The notes under the pieces are model-generated. The model was not told where the DNA came from. It made no database searches and saw only the letters and a program-made list of their open reading frames with translations. From the sequence record OY723373.1: 9,259 bases of DNA. One strand, written 5' to 3'. Made by a program: the position numbers and the translations under genes. Shown here in pieces: positions 6,566 to 9,259 of this stretch (positions are counted from its first letter, which is position 1; every line of letters begins with the position of its first letter).

Positions 6566-7298
6566 GATACATCTAATGACATGAAACACATGGTTTGATG
6601 TATCTAATGATGTACTTAATGGATAGGTATACACATCGTATTAGTGCATAGTATCTCTACATGGTCTATACACTGCCATACAGGGAGTGAGGGACCAGGA
6701 GGGAGACTATGCACTAGTATACGATAACGTGACCTTTAACATTACCCTATACATGCATGTACCACTAGCACAGACCATACCATCTGGTATACAAGGATGC
6801 AGTATGGACAGGATAGTATGTAGAGCAATAGAGGTGCTATGCTCTATAAGCTGTGTGGTACAACTACTACTACTCGTGCTATGCTATTACGGTAGGTGGA
6901 GTACTACTAGCAGTCTTAGTAACACCATTCGTACATACTATACGTCCTAGTAATCATCCCGCTACAGTATCACCCATATGCTACACACAGTAGTATACGC
7001 AGTGGTAGTAGATACACTGTAACAGATACCATACACTATATGTATGCATCTACTCATCATACCATGCAATGTATACAATGGTGGTATGGAATACATGATA
7101 CAATGGTGGTATGGAATGATGTAGTAGTATGAGTAGTACTATGAACAGATACACTACTATCTGCATGCACAGAATAGGTCATCCTCAGGGATAGCACCTT
7201 AACCCTGTACCATACCATACAGTGGTACTATGGTGGTATGGCATGCATGTACTAGTAGTATGTAGTAGTATGTACTCATCATACCATCAGATCATGAG
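6566..7298. other. Unit-B-specific segment (about 730 bp) within the variable region
   Basis: No counterpart in unit A or elsewhere in the window. Word content is SR-like at both ends. Internal short direct repeats: acaatggtggtatggaat twice at about 7075-7117, and gtagtagtatg twice at about 7253-7273. Confidence 0.85.
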
Positions 7299-7299
7299 A

Positions 7300-7547
7300 T
7301 CATGGCATCAAATCATGACATCAAAACACATGATTTCATGTACTCAATTACATGATTATGGTGGTATCCAGGACATCACCAGATCCCTTAGAGACCATGG
7401 GGATCACTACATATGCTATAAGGAGTACACATGCTCTGCATGGTACCTATATCATAGGGTAGGGGATATGCCCACGATACCTATGGAGACCACATCCTCT
7501 AGATACATGGTATGTGCACAGAGGATGGTGACATGGTATGAGGTCCC
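7300..7547 (+). repeat. Degenerate SR head fused to tail segment T, copy 1 of unit B
   Basis: The head is degenerate and 6 nt shorter (atcatggcatcaaatcatgacatcaaaacac). From 7375 it is identical to 2441-2613. Confidence 0.88.
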
Positions 7548-7928
7548 CAAAAGGGTCCAAATACATGATTTGGGGTGTCTAAAATGACCACTTTTGGCAC
7601 CTTTCTGGAGGACCCAAAACGGGTGATTCAATCCCCCAAAAGGGGTCCGCAAATCAAGCCCAGAAATGGTCATAAAAAGGGCTCGTGGGGGTACCCCCAT
7701 GAGCACTTTTAGGACCCTAAAATGGGTGTTTTGGACCCCTAAAATGGTGTATTTAGACCCTTTCGGAGGGGTACAGGCAACGAGTACTACTAGATACATA
7801 CCAGCAGACCATGTATCCTATGGTATATAGGACATGGGGGCTACGGGTACCATTACACCATTACGGGAGTATATGGAGTACTATGAGTATCTAGAGGAGT
7901 CCCTGTAACACCAGATATCATGGTATTG

Positions 7929-8157
7929 GCATGCATTTGATGACATGAAAACACATGATTTGATGACATGAAGTACTCATTATGAGTAGGTATACACATC
8001 TAATACCACTAGTACAACAGCATACACACCATTAGTACCATGTATCCTATGGTATACAGTACATGGGGAGTACGGGTACCATTACACCATGCAGAGGTGT
8101 ATGGAGTACTATATGGTATATAGGGAGTATCCAGTAGACACCAGATATCATGTAATG
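7929..8157 (+). repeat. SR subrepeat copy B4 (229 bp)
   Basis: Equals 2995-3223 at offset 4934, except ta to cg at 8073-8074. Confidence 0.9.
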
Positions 8158-8349
8158 GCATGCATTTGATGACATGAAACACATGATCTGATGATATGAA
8201 GTACTCGATATGTACTCATTATGGTACCCACTAACACTAGTACTACAGCATATCCGTACAAGGGGAACCATAAGGATCCGCCCTTGCAGGTATTCGGGTA
8301 CTATATGACATATAGAGGGTATCCAGTAGACACCAGATATCATGATATT
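8158..8349 (+). repeat. SR subrepeat copy B5 (192 bp)
   Basis: Equals 3224-3416 except t to c at 8309 and a 1-nt deletion (gaccacc vs gacacc). Confidence 0.85.
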
Positions 8350-8594
8350 GCATGCATTTGATGACATGAAAACACATGATTTGATGTACTCAGATTACAT
8401 GATTATGGTGATATCCAGTACATCACCAGATCCCTTAGACACCATGGGGATCACTACATATGCTATAAGGAGTACACATGCTCTGCATGGTACCTATATC
8501 ATAGGGTAGGGGATATGCCCACGATACCTATGGAGACCACATCCTCTAGATACATGGTATGTGCACAGAGGATGGTGCCATGGTATGAGGACCC
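8350..8594 (+). repeat. SR head fused to tail segment T, copy 2 of unit B
   Basis: Equals 3417-3661 at offset 4933, except t to c at 8475. Confidence 0.92.
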
Positions 8595-8685
8595 CAAATG
8601 GGTCGAAATACATGTTTTAGGGGTCCCAAAACATGTGTTGCGAGTAGGTATCGGCACGGGATTAGCACATCTAGGGCATTATGGA

Positions 8686-8784
8686 ACCTGAGGAGATCAC
8701 CTCCACAGGGAATGTCCCTCCGTGCATCCTGGGCTACCGAGAGGCCTACATGCAGTACCCCATATCCTCTAAGAGACCATTATG
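8686..8784 (+). repeat. Conserved 99-nt element E, paralog e1 of unit B
   Basis: Identical to 3753-3851 at offset 4933. Confidence 0.9.
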
Positions 8785-8811
8785 GAGGGTATTGGACAGG
8801 GCCCGAAACCC

Positions 8812-8903
8812 CCAAAATGAGTGATTTGGGGTGCTCAAAACCATCGATTTTGGTGGTTTTGGCATGCAAAAAGGGTCGAAAACACCACTTTTAGCCCCTT
8901 TTG
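8812..8903. repeat. Block of helically phased A/T tracts, unit B copy
   Basis: Identical to 3879-3970 at offset 4933. Confidence 0.9.
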
Positions 8904-9236
8904 CACATGGGAACACCACCCCATATACTAAGGGGGATCCTTCGAGGGATACAGAACCCCCGAAACCCCTTAAAGATGGTGTGTGAGTACTCATGCATGT
9001 ACCCTTTTAGCACCCTTTCTGACCCCCTTTCAGACCCCCTAAATGGTGCCATTCCTCGAAGGATGGCCCTTAAGGGGTGCCGGGAAGGGTACCTAAAGAG
9101 GTCCCAAAAGTGACCATTTTAGGGGGTCCCAAAACGTGTTGCAAAGGGGTACCCCTTTGGTCACCAAAAGTGATGATTTTGGGGACACCAAATGGGTCGG
9201 AATGGGTACCTAATGACAGGATATGGCATACGGGAT

Positions 9237-9259
9237 ACCTGAGGAGATCACCTCCACAG
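9237..9259 (+). repeat. First 23 nt of element E (paralog e2), cut by the window end
   Basis: acctgaggagatcacctccacag equals 4304-4326. It continues in phase at position 1. Confidence 0.85.

Larger units (their letters stand above)
4327..9259. repeat. Macro-repeat unit B (4933 bp), second head-to-tail copy
   Basis: Same alignment as unit A. The 607-bp excess is fully accounted for by +36 (minisatellite), +3 (homopolymer indels), +1 (9-nt vs 10-nt replacement at 1797-1805 / 6162-6171), +569 (variable segment), -1 and -1 (single-base deletions). The last base, 9259, corresponds to 4326. Confidence 0.97.

Noticed and set aside
6687-6950. Only non-duplicated ORF (87 aa) inside the unit-B-specific block, with a hydrophobic stretch
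   Set aside because: It has a GTG start with the only purine-rich patch directly abutting it (no spacing). It is short, has no recognisable homology, and is absent from unit A. It is kept only as something to blast.
1-9259. Mobile element, integron, DGR (template/variable repeat) or diplonemid-style mitochondrial gene-module cassette explanations for the constant backbone plus variable segment
   Set aside because: No transposase, integrase or reverse transcriptase ORF is present, and there are no terminal inverted repeats. The A/B differences are not adenine-specific in one copy. The variable segments translate to nothing resembling mitochondrial or other known proteins in any frame I read, even allowing TGA or TAG read-through.

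Overview
I see no credible protein-coding gene, rRNA, tRNA, CRISPR array or transposase-bearing element, and no protein-based system. Any novelty lies in the non-coding architecture.

**Overall structure.** The window is exactly two head-to-tail copies of one complex repeat: unit A at 1-4326 and unit B at 4327-9259. Outside one variable segment they are about 99.8% identical by manual alignment. The window ends are in repeat phase: joining 9259 to 1 recreates the 4326/4327 junction. The record therefore behaves like a circular heterodimer or a slice of a longer tandem array.

**Two domains per unit.**
- A GC-richer domain contains islands of A3-5/T3-5 tracts phased at about 10-11 bp and a recurring dyad motif, YYAAAATG-N4-5-WTTTTRG.
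- That domain also holds a 12-bp minisatellite (3 vs 6 copies), a 19-nt alternating purine-pyrimidine tract, and two paralogous copies of a 99-nt element with a 64-nt invariant core.
- An AT-richer domain consists of degenerate 190-230 bp subrepeats dense in CATG and GTAC words. It is organised as a 1.05-1.2 kb intermediate-order duplication.

**Coding potential.** ORFs are short (188 aa at most), overlap on both strands, are low complexity, often start at non-ATG codons, and are frame-broken between the two units. I call them non-coding.

**Interpretation.** The architecture resembles a eukaryote-type complex satellite or higher-order repeat, or a gene-free repetitive episome, more than a typical prokaryotic locus. 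The origin cannot be established without a database search.
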